Shown: one piece after another, positions 52,722-64,000 of the stretch
Numbering within the stretch: position 1 is the stretch's first letter
Layout of the letters: each line of letters starts with the position of its first letter
Source of the DNA: Felis catus
Taxonomy: Eukaryota
Length of the DNA stretch: 64,000 bases
Direction of reading: 5' to 3'
NCBI RefSeq assembly: GCF_018350175.1
Contig: NC_058368.1
Span: 186,560,001 to 186,624,000 of the forward strand
Program-made: the position numbers and the translations under genes
The notes under the pieces: model-generated
The model's database searches: none
Told to the model about the DNA's origin: nothing
What the model saw: the letters and a program-made list of their open reading frames with translations, nothing else

Positions 52722-53613
52722 ACTCTGCTTTTCTTTTAATATAAGTGCTTGCGTATTCTACATTTCTTCTGTATACAAACACATACATATACATATTTCC
52801 AAATATTAACCATTGGTCAAATGAGTTATCACTGTATTTGCTCATTAGCATGTGGTAAAAACGAGTTACAGAACATTTTATGAGTTACAGATCTCTTCTT
52901 ACCTTTATCATCTTATAACAAATTAGGTTGGCAAGTTTTTAATTTCAGATTTTCAGAAGCAACCAAGTATTATAGGATCTAAGTGATTCATCCTAGTTCA
53001 CTCATTCTGGTCTATATGAACAGAATTCAAAATGGATTATTTTGTCTACAGAGTTTCTGCTTTAAGCCAATAGGAGACACAAGTGCCTTGGAAACATTGA
53101 CTGGAAAATAGTTATATATATATATTTTTGTGAAGTATAGCTTTAAAAGAGTAAAACACAGGTGTAAATATAAATGTTGATGTAAGAAAAACTCTTTCAT
53201 CTTTTTTTTTAAATGTGGGTAGAAACTCATTTCTTCTGCAATAGCATTAGTCAATTTATTTTTCTTGTTCACAGCACTAATGTTTACAGCACTAGTTCAC
53301 AGATGTTAGTTGCCATGAATATGTATCAGCAGAAAGTGTGAACCACAGCCTATATAGTAGCTATTGCACCTCACTTACACTGTTGAGCATCTGTTTATGG
53401 CTCTCACTTTTTTTTTATCATATGTGTGCCCTTGTACCTTTAATGTCCTTTGTGTTCATTCTATCAGATGAAGTTAATTTTCTCTTGTTTCTCAAGATGG
53501 AGATTATTTATGCTATTTTACAGAAGTAACATGGGAGTTTTGGTATGCCCATCATGTACCTAATTTTATTTTCTTTGAAAATGTATCTTCTACATAATAC
53601 AAGCTTCTGTATT

Positions 53614-53716
53614 CAATTCAGGTTATAGCTACAATTCAGGTTGTAGCTACATGTGAAACTCAGGTTAGTAGCTACAATGTGTTAGTAACAATTCAGGTTG
53701 TAACTACATGTGAAAC
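53614..53716 (+). repeat. Imperfect local tandem repeat, 4 copies of core TCAGGTT(A/G)TA(G/A)CTACA
   Basis: Units start at 53614, 53632, 53660 and 53689. Confidence 0.85.
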
Positions 53717-54241
53717 AAAGACAGAGAGGAAGGAAGGAAGGAAGAAGAGAAGGAAGGAAGAAAATCAGTAGGCCAGTGAGAAATTCAGCCATGTATTGCA
53801 TAGCCAAAATAAATTGTCATTTTTAGGCCCTTAGCAAATTATTAACTGTGAATGTTAATTTTTATATACTTTTAGAATTTATAAAATGTAAGTATTTGGT
53901 AAGACCCAGGGAAAGCCGAAACAATCAGTTTGATGATAAGATAAACTCTAGTACTCTTTATGCAATGTTAATTAAATGGATTAAAATGTATTTACTGTTA
54001 AAAATGTAAGACAAACCCCTAAAACTTAAGACATGTTTTAAGTTAAAAAAAGAGGAGAAATAATGCAGTAAGATAATCCTCCAAATAAAAGATTTATAAT
54101 CAGCAAAACCAACTGTTTGCCTCTTTATAATTCATGTTTTTATTTATCCAACAGATGTTTATTGATTGCCTTACAATAAATCTGTGCCTTATAACAAAAC
54201 CCGCGCCCCTAAACAGCTTACATTTTATTGAGAGAAATAGT

Positions 54242-54345
54242 AAAGAAAGAAATAAAGGAAGAAAAAAAGAAAGAAAAGAAAGAAAGGGAAGGAAGGAAGG
54301 AAGGAAGGAAGGAAGGAAGGAAGGAAGGAAGGAAGGAAGGAAGGG
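54242..54345 (+). repeat. (GAAA)n/(GGAA)n purine-rich microsatellite
   Basis: Direct read. Confidence 0.9.
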
Positions 54346-54351
54346 AGAAAA

Positions 54352-54690
54352 AGTTTTTTCCTCTTAATCTCTTTCACCCATTCCCCTAGCCCCCTCCCCT
54401 TTGGCCATCACCAGTTCTCTATATTTATGAGTCTGTTTCTCCCTTTGTTGTTGTTTGTTCATTTGTTTTGTTTATTATATTCCACATGTAAGTGAAATCA
54501 AATGGCATTTCTCGTTCTGTGTGTGGTTTATTTCACTTACCATGATATCTGCTAGGTCCATCCATGTTGTTGTGAATGATAATATTTCATTCTTTTCTTA
54601 TGGCTGAGTAATTGTTAAATCACTATGCTATATACCTGAAACTAATTTAATATTATATGTCAACTGTACTTCATTAAAAATCTTAAAAAG
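54352..54690. mobile_element. 5'-inverted L1 3' end (antisense about 54352-54612, sense about 54612-54690)
   Basis: Antisense 3'UTR (ttccacatgtaagtgaaatca...tggctgagtaat) fused to the sense terminus (tgttaaatcactatgctatatacctgaaact...aaaaa). Confidence 0.8.
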
Positions 54691-55028
54691 TAATATAAAT
54701 AAGCAAGATAATTTCAGATTATGATATTTGCCTAAAGGAAATAAACAGATAGGATGGAACATTAGTTAAGGCAACCACTTTGGATGGGCTGCTTGGGAAA
54801 AGGCCTCTTAGAGGAGGTGACCTTTGAGGTGAAGGATTATAAAAGAGGACCTTGTGAAGTTCAGAGAGACACATATTCTAGGCAGAAAGAACAAATGTGA
54901 AGACTGGAAGATAGTGAGAAAGGACTTGGTATGAGATAATATTGAGATTTTAGGAAGAGGCAGATTATTTAGAGCACAGTAGGACACAGTCAAAATTTTG
55001 GATCTTTTTGGAAGAACCAGTAAAATTT

Positions 55029-55247
55029 TTTTTTTAATTTTTTTCAACATTTATTTATTTTTGGGACAGAGAGAGACAGAGCATGAACGGGGGAGGGGCA
55101 GAGAGAGAGGGAGACACAGAATCGGAGACAGGCTCCAGGCTCTGAGCCATCAGCCCAGAGCCCGACGCGGGGCTCGAACTCACGGACCGCGAGATCGTGA
55201 CCTGGCTGAAGTCGGACGCTTAACCGACTGCGCCACCCAGGCGCCCC
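55029..55247 (-). mobile_element. Young Can-SINE
   Basis: CpGs retained; TSD gaaccagtaaaattt at 55014-55028 and 55250-55264. Confidence 0.95.
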
Positions 55248-56184
55248 AGGAACCAGTAAAATTTGAAGCAGAGGAATGATAAAATCTAATCTATGCTTTT
55301 AAAAGATCTGACTGCTGTGTGGATAATGGATGGTAGGGAGGCAAATGGAGAGGCCAGGAGACCTATCTACAATAATTATATGAGGTGAGGCAACAGGGCC
55401 ATAGATTTTGAGGGAGACAATGGAGATGGAAAGGAGCTGAGGCAGAGTAGCTAACTCTTGGCGAAGGAAAGGAAGGAATCAGGGATGACTTCCTGCTAAA
55501 AAGAAAAACAAAAGTTAACAGAGCACAACCCTTAATGAAGCAGTAACCAAACTAAAGAGGTATGAACTACTTACACTTAGTTAGTCACATATTTCCATCC
55601 TACAACTAAGGAGTGGGACTCTCACACCTAACTGAGGAATTTCATAGACTCAGTCTACCTAGATTACTTGCAAACTGTGCCCAACCTTTTAATGAAAAAT
55701 ATCTATCTGGAGACTGTTTATCCCAAGCTGGGGCTGTATCTTATTTTTTTATTCTTAACTCATAGTAAAGTGCCCTTCAGAGTAGAGTGAGCCAAAGTTG
55801 GTCAAATTCAATATCAATTTCTTGTTAGTTTTTCTTTTTCCAGCAGATACACTGTATATAGGTACTCTTCTATATTCTGTATACAAATTATTCTTATAGA
55901 AATCCTGTTAGGTAACTATTATTGTTGTTAATAATATCCCCTTCTCATAGATAAAGAAACTAAGGTTGGTTAAAGGATATTAACCATCTTGATGTCAATC
56001 AGTCAGCAAGACAGAATTAGAATTTATACCTATGTCTGTTGTTTTCTAAAACTTGTGTTTTTTCATGACATTATGCTACCTTATTGATCAGAAAATATAT
56101 GTTAACAAATAATTTAGAACTGTATGATTTTTGACTCCTTTTAGTAGATCTTCAATAAGAGATTAGTGAAAAATAATGACAGAG

Positions 56185-56289
56185 TGGCGCCTGGGTGGCT
56201 CAGTTGGTTGAGTGCCCGCCTCTTAATTTCGGCTCAGGTCATGATCCCAGACCTCTTTCTCTTTCTCTCTCTCTCTCTTCCCAGCTTGG

Positions 56290-56338
<49 letters not shown>

Positions 56339-56346
56339 CTAAAAAC
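56185..56346 (+). mobile_element. Can-SINE with an internal deletion after the head
   Basis: ggcgcctgggtggctcagttggttgag...gtcatgatcccag joined directly to (CT)n; diverged TSD aaaataatgacagag / aaaatgatgatagag. Confidence 0.85.
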
Positions 56347-56714
56347 AAAATGATGATAGAGAAATATAAAGGCATTAAAAGGACATGTTCACATCTTCCT
56401 GATAAAAGAATAAAGATACCAGGTGTTCTAAATAAGTAAATCTGCCAATCCATGAGAGGACATTCTCTTAACAGGTCATGAGAATATCATTTTACTCAGC
56501 ACAGAGCAAATCAGGTGATACATGAAAGGCTGATACTGTATTGTATTAAAGCACTTGATAAGTACTATACAATGTATATAAATGTCAAAAATGATGCATC
56601 AAATCCAAGATTTAATTAACATTAGAGAGAGGAGGAAACAAATGTGAGTGTAAGAGGAATTATCTATGTTGATATTCTTAATCACCTGTAATGCTTAGAA
56701 AAATAAAGAGCCCT

Positions 56715-56830
56715 GGGACTATCCCTCCCTGCCCCAAGACATTCTGGAGCATGGAAACTGCCTGTTTAACAAATGCTCCCAGATGGTTTTGGTACAAGTA
56801 GGTAATGGACCACACTTTGGGAAAATACTG
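56715..56830. mobile_element. MER5-like hAT fragment
   Basis: tgtttaacaaatgctcccagatggtttt...ggaccacactttgggaaaatactg. Confidence 0.5.
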
Positions 56831-56916
56831 ATTTTGTCCAATTTTTTTAAAATACATCAGCCCAAGGCTCATAAAGGAAAATGGTTATCTGAACTTGTGG
56901 CACCCTTTTTCGTTAG

Positions 56917-57132
<216 letters not shown>

Positions 57133-58704
57133 TAAGAATGAAGCTAGACTGAACTCTGCTTTAAGGTTACTCTGGTTCATATCCAGACCACAGGTCCCGC
57201 AAAAGTACTGCTACTACAGTAAATCTGGTCGAGAGAGACGGAGTCAGTATCTTTCCTCAGTGATGCTGCCACCCTCTTAGTCTCATCTCTAAATCCCTGG
57301 GAGTGATGTATAGGCAAGATGTAATTGAGCAATAAAAGAAAGATGCTAAGACCCTGGAAGAAGACCAAGGGCTATTCTAGGCATTTAAAGTATGGAATTG
57401 GTGCATACAGCTGCAACAAGCTTGGAAAAATAGGTGGTAATGGCAGAGAGACACAGGAAATCCCAATTGTCTTTGCCTCTCAGAGAGGTTATGTCTTTGC
57501 AATTGTAAAATAAATGTGGCCTCTGGACCAGTTAAAATATTCACAGAATATGGATTGGTGGAATATTTTTTGTTTCAAGGGACTACTTTCACTGTCTAAA
57601 ATTTAGTTTACATTCCTGCTAGAGGCCGTATCATGAGCAAGATTGGTGTCTGTGTCTGTGTTTATTTTCTTTCCTGTGCTGACTTGTTTTGCAGTGTTGT
57701 TGCTTTTCTGGGCCACGGTTTCTTGATGACTCAATCATCTACCCTGTTGGGTGGGTGAAAACATTGATTTCATGACCCCTCTCCATTTTAGAGGTCATTT
57801 GAGATGGAAGAGGATTCGAATCTCTTTTCTTTGTCAGTTCTTTGCAATGTTTTCATGCCTCATCCCACCAAACAATTGGAAGCTGATGATTTTATATCCA
57901 GCATTCTAGATAATGAGTAACTTGACTGCTGTGTGGATGGGATACTCTCAGCTGTTGTGAGAAAACTCTAGCCGTGGCAAAGCAGTGCAACTCGAAGTCA
58001 CTGCTCTGAGTGGAAATACAAGCCTTTATGGAACACAGCTTGTATTTGGCCTATTAAAAAAGAATAGCTTCCAGAGATTATTGAATTTACATACATTTTT
58101 TTGAGGAACTTGATTTCATACTTGTGCTCTCAAATCATCATTATTTTCACTTTTGATCTTTGCAATAAAGAACTATTTAATGAAATTGGTCTATAGGATT
58201 TTGATAATTATTTTTGTGTAAGTATTTTGGGATAACTTTGCACTTTATTAACTTATGATAGAATTAAAGTGCAGATTGTTCTTCGAAGTCCAAATTCTTT
58301 GGTTGTTTCCAATTGTTTATATAAGGATTTAAAAAAAAAATTAGGTTGCCGTGTGCTAACAGTGAGGTTTTGGTAAGAGAATTTTTTGTGGTGAAATTTG
58401 AGTGGACTTTTAAATAATCAGAATTGTACACATGGTTGAAGCACTTGTACTCATGTTATTTCATTTGAGCTCTTCATAACTCTCCAAGGTAAGTAAACAA
58501 GTCCCTTTTATTTTAAAGAACTGATGCCTAAGGACACAGCCAACACCCAGGTGTTTAATGTAATTAAATTATAATTCTGACAAGGATTTTTTTTAAGTTA
58601 ATGTGACAATTCTTCAGACTTTTAGAAAGTTTAAGTTTTAATAAAGGGGCTTTTACATTTCTCATTTCAATTCACAGTTACCCTATTAAATGGAGTAGAA
58701 TAGA

Positions 58705-59820
58705 TTTTTTCCACAGCCTTACTGAGATATAATTGATGTATAGCATTGTGTAAGTTTAAGATGTATGAGGCAATGATTTGATAGATGTATATGTTGTAAG
58801 ATGATTACCATAATAATATTAGTTAACAAATCCATTACCTCAGTGACATTGTGTGTGTATGTTGAGGACTGAGCTACTCTTTAGCAACTTGCAAGTGTAC
58901 AATACAGAATTGTTAACTATAGTCACCATCCTGTAGATTAGATGCCTAAATATTACTCATATTTTAACTCATCTTTGTAAACCTTTAACCATCTTTGATC
59001 ATCTTCCAAAAACCCTCACCCCTGACAACCACCAAGTTACTCTCTGTTTCTATGACTTCAGTATTTATTTTTAGATACCACATATAAGTAGGATCATACA
59101 GTATTGGTCTTTGTCTTATTTCACTTAGTGTAATTCCCTCAAGTTTTATCTATGTTATTGGAAATGACAGGATTTCCTTTTGATCACCATAGTTTTGCAG
59201 TATAGTTTGAAATGAGGAAGTGTGATGCCTCTAGTTTTGTTATTCCTGTTCAAGAGTTCTTTAGCTATTCAAGGTCTTTTGTGGATCCATATAGATTTTA
59301 GTATTATTTGTTGTTCTATGTCTGTAAAAATGTATTGGAATTTAAATAGGAAATGCACTAAATCTATAGGTGGCTTTGGATAATAGAGACATTTTAATAA
59401 CATTAACTCTGATCTGTGAACATGAGATGTCTTTCCATTTATTTATGTCTTCAGTTTCTTTCATCAATGTCTTATACTTTTCATTGTACAGATCTTTCAC
59501 TTCCTTGGTTAAATTTATTCCGAAGTATTTCATTGTTTTTGATGCTATTGTAAATGGGATTGCTTTCTTTATTTTGTTTTTAGAGTTCATTGTTAGTATA
59601 TAGAAATGCAACTGATTTTTGTATGTTTATTTTGTATCATGAAACTTTACTGAATTTATTAGTTCTATTTTTTGGGGGGAGGCAGTCTTTAGGGTTTTCT
59701 ATATATAAGATCATGTCATTTGCAAACATGTAATTTTACTTCTTCCTTACCAATTTGGATATCTTTTATTTCTTTTTCTTGCCTGATTTTTCTGGCTAGG
59801 ACTTTCAGTACTACGCTGAA
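58705..59820 (-). mobile_element. L1 (L1MA8/9-like): 3'UTR joined to an ORF2 segment across an internal deletion
   Basis: 3'UTR at 58705-59180; ORF2 remnant IPFTIASKTMKYFGINLTKEVKDLYNEKYKTLMKE...KWKDISCS (ORF track 59342-59611). Confidence 0.9.
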
Positions 59821-60589
59821 CAGACAGAAAATCATTGTTATATGAATGATCATGAAATATGTTATATTAATAATATATATGATATTCTGCCATTATTGGT
59901 AGGTAGTTAACTAATTAAGCTTATTGAAATGAATTTATGATCCTAGACTTCTAACAACTAGCTCTGAAGTTGATGCCTGACATTCAACCTTATTTATCTA
60001 TTTCTTTCTTCTAAGCAAACTTTAGGCATTCGTTTATTCTCCTTTTCCCTCTCCCTCACCCTCTCTTCTCCCTCTTTGCCTCTACCTCCCTTCTCCTTAC
60101 TTTTCTTCTCTCCCTCCTTCCCCTCCTGACTGTCCTTCTTCCCTACCTCTCTCAAATGCAAATGACCTCAATAGTGGCATTACTAAATCATTATTACCTT
60201 GTCTCTATGCCAGCAATTCATATATTGGTTTAATGGCAGAGAAAATAATATAACTTGATTCTGAGTGAGGGAATATTAGGATTGAGTTTATCGCAAGGCC
60301 ATTTAATATGTCCCATCCAGAAATGAAAAATAATGCAAAGAGAGCAAGGGGAGTATTATGTGTCTTTGAAATGGGAATAGTTAGGGGACTAATCTCTTAT
60401 ACTCTGAGCCAGATTAGTTGCCAGATTAGTTGCTAGAACTTTCCTAGCAGCTCTATCATAGATAACTTCACAGGACTATGCCAAGTGTTCACTGAGATAG
60501 CCAGTCAGGCTTGTCCTTTTAGGACCTAAAAAAAAAAAAAAAAAAAAATCCTACCGCTGCCCGTGTAGCAGCATCAGAAACCAGTTCTT

Positions 60590-60790
60590 GCTGTCCTCTC
60601 ACAGTCACTGATTACATACATTATGTTGGGAAAGTCAACCCGCTTATCTGAGCCTCAGTTTCCCATAGATAAGAAGGGAATAATAATATCTACCACAACA
60701 AATTGTTATGAGGATTAAAGTAACTAATAATGATTAAAAAAATATTGCACTTTGCTTCGTACATAGTAGACATCGAATAGATAATAACTG
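60590..60790 (+). mobile_element. MIR SINE
   Basis: tctgagcctcagtttcccatagataagaagggaataataatatctacc...gttatgaggattaaag. Confidence 0.75.
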
Positions 60791-61770
60791 GTGATGATGA
60801 TGATGATGATGATGCTTATATACCAATTTTATTATATTTAAAGATTCCTGTAGTGCTGGAGATTTGACCTAATTATGAGATCTAGTAGATCCAGGCAAGG
60901 AGAGATTGAAAACACAGCATTGTCCTTCTCAACTTTTACTTTTACATTCTAAGTAAGTCTCATTATTTGTAGGGCTGTCTACTTCCTCATAGTATGTCTC
61001 AGCCAGCTGTGCCTACAGTGTAAAATGCAAATTAATTTCTTTTACTTCTGTCAATGGGAAAAGAATGAATAGTTAGCTTCAAAATCCAAAGAGGGAGATT
61101 TCAAAGCTCTTTGACATCTGTCTGTACTTAGATGGAATGAAAGTACAATCCATTTTAAAATGTAATCCATTTGTGGTTTTGCCAACCTTTTACACTGGCC
61201 AGAGGAGACAGCCTCACCCACTGATCATCTAAAGTCTGTGCAATCAATGTAGCAAAATGTGCCTATAAGTGTGTGTGTGTTGGCACAGGCTTCTTTTTTT
61301 CCTACGGATATTCACCATGCTTCAGGAAAGCAGGAAATAGAAATGTGTCTGTTGTTGTTGTGTTGAATTCCAATCTGGATATTTTGTAAAACAACTTGCT
61401 GTCAGATTATTGGTGGAATTAAGGCTCCATTTTCTTTTCAACAGCTTTATTTGGAATAATCTTTATTAAAGAGGGCAGTATAGATTGATATACTTAAGCA
61501 GACTAAGATACTGAATCCATGTTTATGATGGCACAGGTTAATATATTTTGGATATAGCTCATGCTGTGTACTGCTCAATATTTTTGGAAATAGACATACA
61601 GGGTTTTTAAGAACTTAGTGGAAAAGATAATGCATAGTGTTCTTCTACTCCTAAAGTGAAAATTGATGGCATCTTAGAGTATGTCACTAATACTCTAAGT
61701 ATACCACTTACTATACCACTCTGTGATAATCAGAGTGGTATCACAGTATGTACTGTGGATCAGGGGACAT

Positions 61771-61986
61771 TTATTTATTTTTTATTTTTTATGAGAGAGA
61801 GAGAGGGCGCAAGTGAGCAAGGGGCAGAGAGAGTGGGGGAGAGAGAATCCCACACAGGCTCGGCACTGTCAGCACAGAGCCCTAAGCGGGGTTTGAGCTC
61901 ACCTGAAATGGGACTCAAATTGGAACCATGAGATCATGACGTGAGCCGAAGTTGTACACTTAACGGACTGAGCCACCCAGGCACCC
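61771..61986 (-). mobile_element. Can-SINE (diverged)
   Basis: ttatttttt atgagagagag...gactgagccacccaggcaccc. Confidence 0.88.
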
Positions 61987-64000
61987 AAGAGGATTTATTG
62001 AGTACGGTAACTATCTGGCATTGATTTCTCGAGTTAACTAAACAGGTCACTTAGCTTTTTCAAGCTATGGTTTCTCATCTCTACAATATTGCAATACCTT
62101 ATAGATAATGAGATACGACAGAGATCTTTGTGCCATGCTTGGTACTGATCTTTCCATAGGTAGCAGCTGTTATCATTATTCCATCGTTATTATCATTATC
62201 AATTTAACCTGGAATATTGTGCTCACTTAGAGTCACAGCATTTTCGAGGGATATTTAGCAGTCAGAATTATCAAAATGTGAATGATACATAAAGTATGGA
62301 GTATGAAGAACCGGTAGAAGAAATGAGTGGGAGGAGGGATGTATCCTAGGAATGAGAAACCTAGGGAAAGAGTGGCAGTATTTGAATGGGATAGTTGTTT
62401 TCAAAAAATTGTAGTATTTCCTCTTAAGAGAGCAGACCATGTCCGCTCTGGGGGCAAAACTAGACTAATGGTAAAAGATGCCAAAAGGCACTTTTGGACT
62501 GAAATATTTTAAAAAAAGAAAAGTTCATAGCAGTTACAGCTGGTGAAAATCCAGCAGGTCGTTCAATGCTATAAGACCATTTTCTGGGGAAAAGAGGATT
62601 CTTGCTTTGGGCAAGTGATGGGATGATATGATTTCTGAGGAGCTCTGGGTTGATGGTTACTTTGTACCAGCAAAAATAGGAAGGACTCTAGTTAAAGGAC
62701 AGTTAGGCAAGCGCTGGTTTCTGTGAAGATGCTGATCCCATATGTATATACATCTGGAAGCAATGTTATTTATGAAAAGATGAAAATCACATCCTGGCTA
62801 CGGTTTTAAGTAGATGGTGTGTGTGTTTTGCTGATGGTCTGTTGTTATTTAGCTAGCATCTTTCTTTTCTCAGATTTTCCTCACAGGAATATCTCTTACC
62901 ATTGTGTGTGTGAGGAGAAACACTCAGACCCCCATATTTTCCTGCCTTTCTAAATAATTTTGGACCCCCTTGAGGGTTTTTAAATATATATATATATTTA
63001 GTTATATTTATAATTAGTTATAATTATTTACCTAGAGAAAATCAAAGAGAACTGCAAATGCTCCATAGTGTCACTGCATACAAACTTAATTTGCATCGCT
63101 GTTCTATTTTGGTATTTTCTTGACTTGTATCTAGTGGCTTGGAAGTGGGGAGTTTTTCTTCCCCTCCTTGATGTGTGAGATACTTTGCTTCAATGTGATC
63201 TCCATTGAACCATCTTTGTTGAACAATTATTATTCTTATTCTCTTGTGACAATAAATAAGTACCAGGATGTGTGTTTAGAAACACTGGCACCTGATGCAG
63301 ATAGTACTTGTGATTTGGGGTATTTGGACTTTAGAGCTTCTGTCCTTAAAATTTGTCCATTATGAGAAAGTGAAGAAGTGACTTAGATATAAAGGGTGCA
63401 TCTTGATATGGAGTATGAAAAATGAAAATATTGAACTCTTTCCATCTAAAGCTTTTTTCCCCTGGAGTAAAGAGAAATCTTATTTTTTATTCACATTTTT
63501 AAAATTTTCTGTTTCTGTAGTCTATTTTCTCCTTCTGGGATTCCTACAAATAGATATTGGGTGTCTTACATCTATCTACCATGGCTCTGAAATACAATTT
63601 GTAGATTTTTATCTTGCAAATTACTAATATTTATTTTAAAGAAATTATTATTAGTATTCTATTTTGGCCATCCTGTTTTCAATTTCTAAGAACTGTCTTA
63701 TTCTTTGATAGCTCATTTTCCATAGTCACTTGTTTTCTTATGGAATGTTCTCTTTAGTTTACAGATATCATTTAAAATTATTTTACAAGTTTTGTTCTCT
63801 CTTCATTGTTTGATATCCTTTTGTGATGGTATATGTTTATTTATTATGGTCTTTCTTTTTTTATGCTGTTGATTTTCCTTGTAAGTCAGCTAATCTTGGT
63901 AATCAGTTCATATTTGTAAACAAAGGGCTAGTTTGGCCAAGGAGTTACTGATACAGATTTTCTGAACTGATGTGGGTTTCCTTAGCACTTTTACATGACT

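Larger units (their letters stand above)
54130..55500 (-). mobile_element. L2 fragment, interrupted by (GGAA)n, an inverted L1 and a SINE
   Basis: ttcatgtttttatttatccaacagatgtttattga...aggcctcttagaggaggtgacctttgag...aaaagatctgactgctgtgtgga. Confidence 0.7.

Noticed and set aside
53614..53716. CRISPR-like repeat-spacer appearance
   Set aside because: Mammalian intron, irregular short repeats, no regular unique spacers and no cas genes.
54998..55279. Recurrent peptides such as GQRETEHERGRGRERGRHRI or AQSLEPASDSVSPSLS in many ORFs
   Set aside because: Translations of Can-SINE copies, not a gene family.

Overview
AT-rich, repeat-dense mammalian intronic DNA from a felid, judged from numerous tRNA-derived Can-SINEs of the SINEC_Fc type. 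The + strand carries two internal coding exons of GABRB2 (GABA-A receptor beta-2): a 221-nt exon at 19217-19437 and an 83-nt Cys-loop exon at 57039-57121. They are separated by a 37,601-nt GT-AG intron and splice in frame. The rest of the window is intron: 22 Can-SINEs (15 antisense, 7 sense), truncated or rearranged L1s, a full-length decayed Tigger1 DNA transposon, and older MIR, L2, L3, MER102, MER5 and MaLR relics plus microsatellites. The other ORFs in the track are repeat-derived or chance. I found no convincing new gene system. The most interesting signals are structural: an inverted SINE nested in a SINE, a 44-bp inversion-duplication inside Tigger1, two SINEs inside one TSD, a twin-primed L1, a tail-less SINE with a (GC)8 run, a 215-nt mirror polypyrimidine tract, and a speculative in-frame 87-nt poly-Cys cryptic exon overlapping a perfect CRE. 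Repeat family names come from recalled consensus sequences, not a database search, and old-repeat boundaries are approximate.
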